Shown piece after piece: positions 1-13,133 of a stretch of 55,471 nucleotides of DNA (positions are counted from its first letter, which is position 1; every line of letters starts with the position of its first letter). The DNA is taken from assembly GCA_050506795.1 (NCBI GenBank), contig JBJHCF010000036.1, positions 1-55,471 of the forward strand. The letters are read 5' to 3'. Origin of the DNA: Opitutia bacterium. GTDB lineage: Bacteria > Verrucomicrobiota > Verrucomicrobiia > Opitutales > T3Sed10-336. The notes below the pieces were generated by a model. The model was not told the DNA's origin. It made no database searches and saw only the letters and a program-made list of their open reading frames with translations. A program made the position numbers and the translations under genes.

Positions 1-250
1 ACTCCTCGAGCTCCACACCGCGCGTCTCGCTCTCGGGAGGCACCCGTACCAGGACGTGGAAGTGATTGCTCATGATGCAGTAAGTGAGCACCTGCACGCC
101 GCAAAACTCCGCCTGACGGTGGAGTTGTTTACGCAACACCTCCTTCTCCCGCCTCCCCAGCAAACGCTCCCCGGCCACCACCCGGGTCATGCAGTGGTAC
201 ACCCCGCTCACCTCCCCCAACACCTTCAGTCGCCTCCGATTCAATCTCAT
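1..250 (-). CDS. Y1/HUH (RAYT-like, IS200 superfamily) transposase, 5' part; runs off the window
   Basis: Absent from the ORF track. Manual translation from ATG at 250: MRLNRRRLKVLGEVSGVYHCMTRVVAGERLL...FCGVQVLTYCIMSNHFHVLVRVPP, with YHxxxR and MSNHxH (HUH) motifs. Confidence 0.85.
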   Translation of the reverse strand, partial: MRLNRRRLKVLGEVSGVYHCMTRVVAGERLLGRREKEVLRKQLHRQAEFCGVQVLTYCIMSNHFHVLVRVPPESETRGVELEE

Positions 251-407
251 ACCCCCCACCCAATCCCCAATCGCCCAATCCGTCAAGTTTATTTTGCCTG
301 GCAAATTAATTTGTGGATTTCGCGATGGAAATCGTGAGTTTTTCCAAAATCCAGGGGATATGGCATTGAATATGGTTTTCTGATCTCCTACATTAACCGG
401 ATTCATA

Positions 408-502
408 AATTGAGGGGTGTCCGGCGCGCCGGGCTGAGATGGGAGGCGATCGGCTCCCGGACCCGAAGAACCTGATGCGGGTCATGCCGCCGGAGGGAGA
501 AT
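408..502 (+). promoter_or_regulatory. TPP (THI-box) riboswitch
   Basis: GGGGTG...GGCTGAGA...ACCCG..GAACCTGATGCGGGTCATGCCGCCGGAGGGA directly upstream of thiC; ends approximate. Confidence 0.93.
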
Positions 503-526
503 CCTGTTGGTTTCGACATGGATTGA

Positions 527-3300
<2,774 letters not shown>

Positions 3301-3411
3301 AAGGGAGCGAGTTAAACCCCCGGCGCGAGGCGAGGCAAAGCCAATTTTGACCATGGCCCCAAATGAATCTCAAATCTCCGGTTTGGCGGTTTACCTTTTC
3401 CGACGGATGGC

Positions 3412-4902
3412 TCAGAGGAAGTTCTCAAGAACCTTGGCGCTGCTGACCACCCCCGGAAGCCCGGCCCCGGGATGGGTTCCGGCGCCAACGAAATAAAGCC
3501 CTTCCACATCCTCACTCTTGTTATGCGGGCGAAACCAGGCGCTCTGGGTCAGAATCGGCTCGAATTGAAAAGCTGACCCCAACCAGGAGTCCAGTTCGCG
3601 CTCGAAATCGAGGGGGGTAAAAATCCTTTTGGTCACCAGGTGTCGCCGCAGATCGGGCACCAGGTGGTCTTGCTCCAAAGACGCCAGGATTCGGTCGGCG
3701 TAATCCTCCTTGATCGCCTCCCAATCCTGTCCGCCACCCAGGTGCGGCACCGGACTCAGCACATAAAATCCCTCACAACCCTCCGGCGCCAGGGACGGAT
3801 CGGTCCGGGTGGGTGCATGGAGGTAGAGGGAAAAATCCTCCGCCACCACCCGATGATCGAAAATGTCCTTCAGCAAACCGGCGTAGCGAGGCCCGAGCAC
3901 GATGGAATGGTGGGCCAGATGCGGGTAGGTTCGGTTCGTTCCAAAGTAAACCACAAACAAAGACATGGCGTAACGCATCCGTTCCAGCCGCCGGTCGGTC
4001 CACTTGCGCCGGTGCTCCGGGCGGATCAGCTTGCGGTAGGTATTGGCCACGTCACCGTTGGAAACCACCATCTCGGCGGGGAAAAACTGGCCGCCCGCGA
4101 TTCGGGCACCGGTCGCCCTCCCCTGCTCCACCGTAATCTCCTCGACCCGCGCGTTCAACCTGACCGTCCCGCCGATATCCTGGAACATCCGCACCAGACC
4201 GTCGACCAGCGCCCCGGTCCCTCCGAGCGCGAAATGAACCCCCCACTTTTTCTCCAGAAAATGAATCATGGAATAAATAGACGACGCCCGCAACGGATTG
4301 CCGCCGATCAGGAGCGGTTCGAAGGAGAAAACCTGCCGCAAGCGTTCGTCGGTGATGAAGTTCGAGACCCGTTTGTAGACCGATTGGTCGGCCCGCAGCC
4401 GAATCAAGTCCGGCGCCACCCGCACCATCTCGCCGAAAGAGTCGAATGAGTGAGCGGCCAGATCGGTAAACGCCCGGTCGAAAACCCGCTTACTGTAGTC
4501 GAGAAAGCGCCGATAGCCGGCAACGTCATCCGGATTAAAACGGGCGATTTCCGCCTCGGTCCGCTCGGTTTCGCCAGTGTAATTAAAAACGCTCCCATCG
4601 GCGAAAAAAATCCGATAGTAGGGGTCGCAAGGCACGATCCTGACGTAGTCTTCCAGCTTTTTCCCCGCCACCTCCGCCAACTCGTCAAAAATGAAAGGCG
4701 CCGTGATCACGGTCGGACCGGCGTCGAACACGAACCCGTCCTGCTCGTAGACATAAGCCCGGCCGCCGGGTTTGTCCCGCATCTCCAGCAATGTCGTGGC
4801 GTAACCACGCGCCTGTAACCGGATGGCCGCGGCGAGACCGCCAAAACCGGAGCCGATCACCACCGCCTTCTTTTCCCCGCTGTCCAATGGTTTGGTGCTC
4901 AT
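3412..4902 (-). CDS. crtI: Phytoene desaturase (CrtI family)
   Basis: GSGFGG FAD motif, FDAGPTVIT, C-terminal GAGTHPGAGLPGV. Confidence 0.93.
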   Translation of the reverse strand: MSTKPLDSGEKKAVVIGSGFGGLAAAIRLQARGYATTLLEMRDKPGGRAYVYEQDGFVFDAGPTVITAPFIFDELAEVAGKKLEDYVRIVPCDPYYRIFFADGSVFNYTGETERTEAEIARFNPDDVAGYRRFLDYSKRVFDRAFTDLAAHSFDSFGEMVRVAPDLIRLRADQSVYKRVSNFITDERLRQVFSFEPLLIGGNPLRASSIYSMIHFLEKKWGVHFALGGTGALVDGLVRMFQDIGGTVRLNARVEEITVEQGRATGARIAGGQFFPAEMVVSNGDVANTYRKLIRPEHRRKWTDRRLERMRYAMSLFVVYFGTNRTYPHLAHHSIVLGPRYAGLLKDIFDHRVVAEDFSLYLHAPTRTDPSLAPEGCEGFYVLSPVPHLGGGQDWEAIKEDYADRILASLEQDHLVPDLRRHLVTKRIFTPLDFERELDSWLGSAFQFEPILTQSAWFRPHNKSEDVEGLYFVGAGTHPGAGLPGVVSSAKVLENFL

Positions 4903-5029
4903 AAAGAATGGAGCTTACCCATGGTCCGTTCCCCGAAAAAGGCAATCCCTACAACGTTTTACGGACCGGAAATCGAATTGCCGTTGACCAATCAGCGCGA
5001 TGGAGTAGCTTTAAGGTACGATTTTTTAA

Positions 5030-6337
5030 ATGTTCGAGGTCAAAGAAAAACCCAAGCAAGTGGAGAGTGCTCTGCTGGTCGGTGTTCAACGCCCCGAAAT
5101 GGAACCCGGAGAAGGAGCCGCCCTGCTGGCGGAACTGAAGGAATTGGTGGAGACGCTCGGCATCGCGGTGACCGGGCAACAGCTAATAAATCTGCGGGAG
5201 CCCAATCCACACACCCTGATCGGCAAAGGCGGCGCCGCCCGCATCATCGAGACCGTCAAAAAAAACGGCATCGACGTCATTGTATTCGACGACGACCTTT
5301 CTCCGGCCCAGCAGCGAAACTGGGAGAAGGAGTCGGGCGTCTGCGTGATTGACCGCCAGGAGGTCATCCTGGACATTTTCCACCAGCGGGCCACCACCCG
5401 GGAGGCCAAACTCCAGGTCTCGCTGGCCCGGATGAACTACTCCCTGCCCCGGCTGAAACGGGCATGGACCCACCTCAGCCGACAGCACGGCGGCGGGACC
5501 CTGATGCGCGGTCAGGGGGAAACGCAGTTGGAGGCCGACCGTCGCATGGTGCGTACCCGCATTGCCCGCCTGCGCCGGGAACTGGCCCTGGTGATCAAAC
5601 AGCGTGGGGTGCAACGCAGCAAACGGATGAAGCGTCCGGTCCCCACAGCGGCCATTGTCGGCTACACCAACGCGGGCAAATCCTCGCTGCTGAACGCCGT
5701 TACCGGAGCTTCGGTACTGGCGGAGGACAAACTCTTCGCCACCCTGGACCCCACCACGCGTCAATGCCGCCTGCCCACCGGGCAGAAGCTGCTGCTCTCC
5801 GATACCGTCGGATTCCTGCGACGTCTGCCTCACGACCTGGTCGACGCCTTCCGTGCGACGCTGGAGGAAGCGGTGGTATCTGATTTTCTGATACACGTCA
5901 TCGACCTGACGAATCCCGACCTTGAGAAACACCACGCCACCACCATGGAAGTCCTGCGCGGCCTCGGAGCTGACGAAAAGCGGATGATCACCGTTTTCAA
6001 CAAAGTCGACCGTTGCGGCGAAGACCACGATGGCCGGCTGCGTTCACTGCGGCTGCAGGCGCCCAACGCCTGTTTCGTCAGCGCGCTTTCCGCGGATGGC
6101 ATCCCCGATCTTCTGGACAAATGTTCGGACATGCTGGCGGATGAGATTCACGAGGTGGAGTTGTTGATTCCCCACAACCGGTACGACTTTATCGCCAAAC
6201 TCCACGAGGCGGATTGTGTGCGTTCGAAAAAAGCCGAGATCGAGGGAGTGCGATTGACCTGCCTCCTTCCCGAGCGCCTGCTCAAAGAAGCCGCCCCCTA
6301 CGTGATCGGGGCGAACGAAACCGCTGTGGCGATATAA
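5030..6337 (+). CDS. hflX: GTPase HflX
   Basis: GYTNAGKS, LFATLDPT, DTVGF, NKVD. Confidence 0.97.
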   Translation: MFEVKEKPKQVESALLVGVQRPEMEPGEGAALLAELKELVETLGIAVTGQQLINLREPNPHTLIGKGGAARIIETVKKNGIDVIVFDDDLSPAQQRNWEKESGVCVIDRQEVILDIFHQRATTREAKLQVSLARMNYSLPRLKRAWTHLSRQHGGGTLMRGQGETQLEADRRMVRTRIARLRRELALVIKQRGVQRSKRMKRPVPTAAIVGYTNAGKSSLLNAVTGASVLAEDKLFATLDPTTRQCRLPTGQKLLLSDTVGFLRRLPHDLVDAFRATLEEAVVSDFLIHVIDLTNPDLEKHHATTMEVLRGLGADEKRMITVFNKVDRCGEDHDGRLRSLRLQAPNACFVSALSADGIPDLLDKCSDMLADEIHEVELLIPHNRYDFIAKLHEADCVRSKKAEIEGVRLTCLLPERLLKEAAPYVIGANETAVAI

Positions 6338-6340
6338 ACG

Positions 6341-6805
6341 ATGGAAACCTTAATCGCCTTTTTGGGCCGCTACCTGGTCATTCTCAGCGCGGCGATACTC
6401 GTCGGCAAAGTCGTCTACTTCAACTTCTTCGTGTCTCCGGTCCTCAATCGGATCCTGGAAACCGAGACCCGGATCAAGGTCACCGGGGCGTTGTTCCCGC
6501 GCTACTATTACCTCGGAATCGCCTGCGGGCTCGCGATCATCGTCGCCGGCAATTTCCTGCAAATCCAGTTTCAACGCTGGACGGCGGTCGGCATCGCCGT
6601 CCCGATCGTGGTGGTGGAAGCCCTCTGCCGGTTCTACTTCCTTCCCCGTCTCAACAGTCTGAAATCCGTGATCGAACAGCTTCCGAAGGAGGAACAAAAA
6701 GCCTCTCCGGAGCGCCAGGAATGGCGAAAGCTGCAGAAAATCGCCCTTCGCCTCAACCTGGCGGTGCTGGTGGCCGGCCTGATCCTCATCGCCCGGATGA
6801 CCTGA
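6341..6805 (+). CDS. Four-helix membrane protein, DUF4149/TMEM205-like
   Basis: Four hydrophobic segments, LFPRYY motif, 3 bp after hflX stop. Confidence 0.65.
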   Translation: METLIAFLGRYLVILSAAILVGKVVYFNFFVSPVLNRILETETRIKVTGALFPRYYYLGIACGLAIIVAGNFLQIQFQRWTAVGIAVPIVVVEALCRFYFLPRLNSLKSVIEQLPKEEQKASPERQEWRKLQKIALRLNLAVLVAGLILIARMT

Positions 6806-6869
6806 ATCATCCGTGCCTGCGCGGCGCGGCCGCCGGAACCCAAAAGGCACCACCCTGAAGTCCAAAGGG

Positions 6870-6940
6870 CTGCCCGACAAGGATTCGAACCTCGACTAGA
6901 TGGACCAAAACCACCTGTGCTACCATTACACCATCGGGCA
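6870..6940 (-). tRNA. tRNA-Gln(UUG); CCA not encoded
   Basis: Minus strand TGCCCGATGGTGTAATGGTAGCACAGGTGGTTTTGGTCCATCTAGTCGAGGTTCGAATCCTTGTCGGGCAG forms a cloverleaf with anticodon TTG and a GTTCGAATC T-loop. Confidence 0.96.
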
Positions 6941-6976
6941 AGGGACTTCTGACTCAACACCTAGAAGTGATCCTGA

Positions 6977-8383
<1,407 letters not shown>

Positions 8384-8456
8384 TTCAAATTCTCCGGAAA
8401 GGGATTGATCTTTCGGTTTTCCGAGGCACACTTCTCTGTAAGTAGGACCTTCGTTA

Positions 8457-9176
8457 ATGAGCGACTACGAATTTGAGAATTTTTCCGAGGGAGATTGGGA
8501 CGACCGTAGCGATCTGGCCTGGAGCGAGTTTGATTGGGAAAGGTATCTGTGCGATCAGGAAGAGCTGTTCCACCGGTACCTTTCCCTTTACGACAAGTTC
8601 CGGGATCGCCCCGACCGCCTGGACCGAGTGGCGGCCGGAATGGGCTGGGACTCCGGAGAATGGGCCTGCGCCCAACCGCCTGACGATTACGATGACGACC
8701 CGGAGGACGATTTCCTCGTCGCCGGGGAAGCATTGCGGGAAGACGACGAGGGAGAGGATCCGCTGGATCCCTACACCCTCTACCGCCATCCGATTTTCAT
8801 CGCGACCAAATCCCTTTACATGAGCCTCAACGAAGCGTGGGAACGCCTCGTTGCTCATCCCTCCTCCAAGGTATTCGCCAGCCTGGCGTTGGCCTACCAG
8901 AAGCGTTTGCACCGAGGTGAAACCCATGCGGTTTTTGCCATTCACGCTTTAGATATGGGCGATTACGCCCTTTGTGTGGCTCAGCTCAAGCGGGCGCTGA
9001 GTGATTTGAACCATACCATGCGTTTGCTGGAGGAAGTTTCACACTCGAAAACCGAAGCGGCTTCACATTACCAAAGTGAAGCCCTCGCCAAGATATTCGA
9101 CCTTCGGGAAATTTGCCTGAGGGTGATTCATTATTGTCGCGACGAGGCCAATCGTCGCTTCAGTGACGAAGACTGA
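8457..9176 (+). CDS. Hypothetical acidic helical protein
   Basis: 239-aa ORF with ATG start and protein-like composition; no family recognised. Confidence 0.7.
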   Translation: MSDYEFENFSEGDWDDRSDLAWSEFDWERYLCDQEELFHRYLSLYDKFRDRPDRLDRVAAGMGWDSGEWACAQPPDDYDDDPEDDFLVAGEALREDDEGEDPLDPYTLYRHPIFIATKSLYMSLNEAWERLVAHPSSKVFASLALAYQKRLHRGETHAVFAIHALDMGDYALCVAQLKRALSDLNHTMRLLEEVSHSKTEAASHYQSEALAKIFDLREICLRVIHYCRDEANRRFSDED

Positions 9177-10035
9177 GTCTTTCGCTGCCCCACCGCGTAA
9201 GCGACCCATATACAACGTGCCGATGCCAATTATGGTTTCCAGGGAACAACGTGTCTTGAAATCTCAACAAGTGCGAGCCAACCTTCGCCGTCATCTGCGT
9301 CGATCTGTCCGCGGCGATCAGGAAGCTTTTGTGGAACTCACGGAGCCGTACCTCTACCTGGTCCTGGAGTTTCTGGCGACCCGGGGCTATGGAACGGCGA
9401 CGGAGCGGCTCGATAAAGCGACTGAGTTGTTGCGGGAAACCTGGAAGTTTCTGCCCTTTATGCACCGGGTGGCGGATGTTGAACACTATTTGGCGACCGC
9501 GCTGTTCTCCGTGCCGAACCGAAACGATGCCTCCTGGGAAACCCTGAACCAGCGGCTGCTCGAACTGGATCCCCGGCAGGCTTTCGCCCTGATTGCCCGC
9601 GATTTCGAGAATTGGGACTACCGCCATGTCGCCGCGGCCCTGCGGATTTCGCGGCGGGAGCTCTCAGAGGTATTGGTAACCGTCCGTTGTCGCCTGCTGG
9701 AGATCGACCTCGACAGCCTGGAGCCCCCGGCCGCGGCCTGCGTGCGACGTCTGTCGCTTGATCTGGACGGACAGCAGCGGGCGCGTGAAAAGCAACGAAT
9801 TTGTCAACAAATCACCACCTTGCCCCAGGCCCGCGAATTCAAATCCGAATGGCTGGAACTGCGTTGCAGTCTGATTGAGTTTCGTCAGCAGGTGCGCCTG
9901 GCCGAGGAAGAACGAAAAGACTTTTTGCGCGCCTCCGTTTCCGGTCTGACCACGGCGCAAATGATTCAGGTTCCCATGTTGGAACGCTTTGCCAGCCGCC
10001 TGCCCTTCCGGCCCTCGTTTGCCGCCAGTTCCTGA
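9163..10035 (+). CDS. Degenerate ECF sigma-70-like protein with a C-terminal anti-sigma-like segment
   Basis: GDQEAFVEL (region 2 entry) and LDPRQAFALIARDFENWDYRHVAAALRIS (region 4 HTH); start uncertain. Confidence 0.6.
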   Translation: MTKTESFAAPPRKRPIYNVPMPIMVSREQRVLKSQQVRANLRRHLRRSVRGDQEAFVELTEPYLYLVLEFLATRGYGTATERLDKATELLRETWKFLPFMHRVADVEHYLATALFSVPNRNDASWETLNQRLLELDPRQAFALIARDFENWDYRHVAAALRISRRELSEVLVTVRCRLLEIDLDSLEPPAAACVRRLSLDLDGQQRAREKQRICQQITTLPQAREFKSEWLELRCSLIEFRQQVRLAEEERKDFLRASVSGLTTAQMIQVPMLERFASRLPFRPSFAASS

Positions 10036-10135
10036 ATCCCCGGCCCGGGCGGCGACGGGGAGACCCCGCTCCGTATTGCCCATTACCGGCTGTATACCAC
10101 ATTTTACAGTTGATTTTTCATTTTTCTGTCGCATT

Positions 10136-10153
10136 ATTTTGAATAATCAAAAT
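10136..10153. promoter_or_regulatory. Candidate metalloregulator operator
   Basis: Dyad ATTTTGA-ATAA-TCAAAAT 14 bp before the metal ABC operon. Confidence 0.55.
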
Positions 10154-10167
10154 CGATAGACTGCATA

Positions 10168-11124
10168 ATGAAAAGATTTGTGAATACGCTCGTCACAGGC
10201 CGCTGGAGGTCCGCTTCTCTGATGCTGCTAACCGCCTGGATCACCCTTCCGGGCTGCGCGCCGGGATGGGAAGGCGATCCGGGCGACGACCGAATTCGAG
10301 TGGTGGCGAGTTTCAGCATAATCGAGAACCTGACCCGCGGAGTAGCCGGAGAGCGGGCGTTGGTGCGCGGATTGGCTCCGGTCGGAGCCGAGGTGCATGA
10401 GTGGGAATTATTGCCCCGCAACTTCGTCGATTTGGAAGGAGCCGATATCGTTTTCATCAACGGATTGGGTTTGGAGCAGTGGCTGGGGCAACTCCGAGCC
10501 ACCCTGCCGGCCGGCGTGCCCCTGGTGGCGCTGGCGGAGGAAATCGAGCGGGAGACCATTCCAATTCAGCAGGGTGAACTGCGCGGCGGTCCCGATCCCC
10601 ACGTGTGGATGGACCCCCGGGTGGCGGCCGAATTCGTGGAAATCATCCGCGACCGGCTGATCGAGCTCGATCCCGAAGGCGAAGAGGAGTACCGGAGCAA
10701 CACCTCGATCGTTCTGGCGGACCTCGGTGCCCTGCATGACGAATTAACCGCCACATTCGCCCAATTGCCACCCGAGCGCCGTCTCTTGATCACCAGCGAG
10801 GCCGCTTTCCTTTATTTCGCCGATACCTACGGATTTGAGCACGACGGGATTTGGGGAAACAATGCCGAGGAGGAGGGCACGCCCCGGCAGGTAGCCAGGA
10901 TTGTGGACCTTATTCGGGAAAAACACCCGGCCGCGTTGTTCTGGGAGAGCACGATCACCGACCGGTACGTGCGCAGTATCGCCGAAGATACCCGTCTGCC
11001 GGTGGCGGGACCGCTTTACGTGGATTCGCTTGGCCGGGCCGGCTCCGGTGCCGAGACCTATATCGGGATGATGCGTCAAAACGCCCGGGTGGTAATGGAA
11101 GCCTTGACGGAGGGAAACCAATGA
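10168..11124 (+). CDS. Mn/Zn/Fe ABC transporter substrate-binding lipoprotein (TroA/MntC family)
   Basis: LPGC lipobox; EVHEW, DPHVW, SEAAF and YVDSL give an H/H/E/D ligand set. Confidence 0.93.
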   Translation: MKRFVNTLVTGRWRSASLMLLTAWITLPGCAPGWEGDPGDDRIRVVASFSIIENLTRGVAGERALVRGLAPVGAEVHEWELLPRNFVDLEGADIVFINGLGLEQWLGQLRATLPAGVPLVALAEEIERETIPIQQGELRGGPDPHVWMDPRVAAEFVEIIRDRLIELDPEGEEEYRSNTSIVLADLGALHDELTATFAQLPPERRLLITSEAAFLYFADTYGFEHDGIWGNNAEEEGTPRQVARIVDLIREKHPAALFWESTITDRYVRSIAEDTRLPVAGPLYVDSLGRAGSGAETYIGMMRQNARVVMEALTEGNQ

Positions 11125-11975
11125 TGCCCAATTCCAGCATCGCAATGTTCAAAGAAGAGACCAGGGACTCAGCCGCATCCGATCGTCAGTTCGGGCGGGT
11201 AGTCGAGGCTTCCCCTGCGATTGAAGCGGAAAATATCACCGCCACCTACGGGGGGCCGCCGGTGCTGCACAATCTAAACCTCCGCCTGCCAGGCGGAGAG
11301 CTTATCGCGCTGATCGGTCCCAACGGAGCCGGAAAATCCACCTTTTTCAAGCTTTTGAGCGGCGTTATGCGTCCAATCGAAGGGCGTCTTTCGGTCATGG
11401 GTCAGGAGGTACGCCAGCAAAGGGCTCAGAGCGCGATCGCCTACGTTCCCCAGGAGGAAAGCATCGACTGGGATTTTCCCGTTTCGGTGCGGGAAGTTAT
11501 CCTGGCGGGACGATTCGGCCGGATGCGCCAGGAAGGGTTGCCCGGACGGTTTTTTCCGCCCTGGTTTGCCCGGCGTGAGCACCATGACGCGGTGCGACGA
11601 GCTCTGGATGCGGTGGAAATGCTACACTGCGAAACACGTCCGATCGGCGCCCTTTCCGGTGGTCAGAAGAAGCGGGTCTTTCTGGCCCGCGCCCTGGCCC
11701 AGGATGCGCGAATTCTCCTGTTGGACGAACCGCTCGCCGGCGTGGACGCCCGTTCCGCCGAAGTCATTTTCAACGTCTTCCACTGCGCCCGCAACGAAGG
11801 CCGCACCCTGATCCTGGTCACCCACGATCTGGCCAGCGCCGAGAAATACGCGGACCGGGCCGTACTGATCAACCGCACCGTCATCGCCGAAGGTAAGCCG
11901 TCCGAGGTGCTTACCCTGGAAAACCTGGCTCAGGCCTTCGAAGGCGGTTACATTCCGGGCCGACGTTCCGCATGA
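11121..11975 (+). CDS. Metal ABC transporter ATP-binding protein
   Basis: GPNGAGKST, LSGGQ, LLLDEP; ATGA overlap with the binding-protein stop. Confidence 0.93.
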   Translation: MMPNSSIAMFKEETRDSAASDRQFGRVVEASPAIEAENITATYGGPPVLHNLNLRLPGGELIALIGPNGAGKSTFFKLLSGVMRPIEGRLSVMGQEVRQQRAQSAIAYVPQEESIDWDFPVSVREVILAGRFGRMRQEGLPGRFFPPWFARREHHDAVRRALDAVEMLHCETRPIGALSGGQKKRVFLARALAQDARILLLDEPLAGVDARSAEVIFNVFHCARNEGRTLILVTHDLASAEKYADRAVLINRTVIAEGKPSEVLTLENLAQAFEGGYIPGRRSA

Positions 11976-12853
11976 CACCGCTCCTGATCACGGCTAACGG
12001 GTTCACCGACCTGCTCGGACCGTTTCAGTACGAATTCATGCAGCGGGCCCTGATTACTTCGATCCTGGTGGGCGGTGTCTGCGGCGTACTCTCCTGTTTC
12101 GTTGTCCTCAAGCGCTGGGCACTCCTTGGTGACGCCATTTCCCATGCCGTGCTGCCGGGAGTCGCCATCGCCTACCTGCTCGGCCTGCCCTTCTTTATCG
12201 GCGCCTTTGCTTCCGGAGCGCTCACCTCGCTGGGAATCGGCGTCATCGAACGCAATACCCGGATCAAGGAGGACGCCGCGATGGGGATCATGTTCACCGG
12301 GGCCTTTGCCCTGGGGGTGGTGATTATCAGCTACATCGCGAGTTCGACCCACCTGATGCACATTCTTTTCGGCAACGTGCTCGGGGTGCGCATGGCGGTG
12401 CTGCAACTGACGCTTTTCGCCTCGGTGGTCACTTTGACCGCAGTCTTTCTCTTCTACAAAGAGTTCCTCCTCTACACCTTCGATCCCGTTCAAGCCAGCG
12501 CCCTCGGGATGAATACGGCAGCCATTCACTACGGCCTCATGATGCTGCTGACCCTCACCATCGTGGCCAGCCTGGAAACAGTGGGAATCATCCTGGTTGT
12601 CGCGATGCTGATCACACCCGGAGCCACGGCCTACCTGTTGGTCAACAGCCTGCCGCGAATGATGCTGGTGGCCGCGGGATGCGGAATTCTTTCAGCAGTC
12701 AGCGGCCTTTACCTCTCATTCACCTTCAATCTCGCCTCCGGCGGCAGCATTGTGCTGGTGGCCACCCTGCTTTTCCTTCTGGCGTTTCTTTTTGGCCGGC
12801 AGGGCGTGCTGGCACGCTGGTTGCGCCATCGCAACGCAGCAGCACGAATCTGA
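11972..12853 (+). CDS. Metal ABC transporter permease (ABC-3)
   Basis: GDAISHAVLPG, KEDAAMGI, multiple TM helices. Confidence 0.94.
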   Translation: MTPLLITANGFTDLLGPFQYEFMQRALITSILVGGVCGVLSCFVVLKRWALLGDAISHAVLPGVAIAYLLGLPFFIGAFASGALTSLGIGVIERNTRIKEDAAMGIMFTGAFALGVVIISYIASSTHLMHILFGNVLGVRMAVLQLTLFASVVTLTAVFLFYKEFLLYTFDPVQASALGMNTAAIHYGLMMLLTLTIVASLETVGIILVVAMLITPGATAYLLVNSLPRMMLVAAGCGILSAVSGLYLSFTFNLASGGSIVLVATLLFLLAFLFGRQGVLARWLRHRNAAARI

Positions 12854-12883
12854 TTAGCCGACGCCGGTCCAACCGGCGAACCC

Positions 12884-13027
12884 GGGAAAGACGAACGGAG
12901 CAGTGGAGCTCGATCAAACCCCGGGACACTTCTTGCCCCTCCAAACGGCCGGAATCCACCTGAGTCACCTCTGGACTCCCATGAAGGCTCCAGCCCGCAA
13001 TCGCTCAAACACCACTCCGTTCTTCCC
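12884..13027 (-). ncRNA. Candidate rod-shaped ncRNA (possibly 6S RNA)
   Basis: Nested complementary blocks ending in a GAG-GUGA-CUC tetraloop; upstream TTGTGA-17-TATAAG; lies between convergent genes. Confidence 0.5.
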
Positions 13028-13133
13028 TTTCCTCCGAAAACTCAGAACGAGTGATTAATGGCTTATACTCGACGCCCAGGCAATTCACAAATCATTGTAA
13101 AACCGGTTTTTACAGGGTTTTAACAGACAGAAA

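Noticed and set aside
56..383. Plus-strand ORFs 56-337 and 189-383
   Set aside because: Antisense to the transposase, low-complexity, no family signal.
6870..6940. tRNA-Gln as an integration site
   Set aside because: No integrase and no duplicated tRNA 3' end seen.
10056..10072. CGGGG-AGA-CCCCG-CTCC as a GGAG-type REP
   Set aside because: A 5-bp stem in GC-rich DNA is too weak to call.
12810..12824. Sigma-54-like TGGCACG-N4-TTGC
   Set aside because: Lies inside the permease coding sequence (LARWLR) and points at no gene; probably chance.
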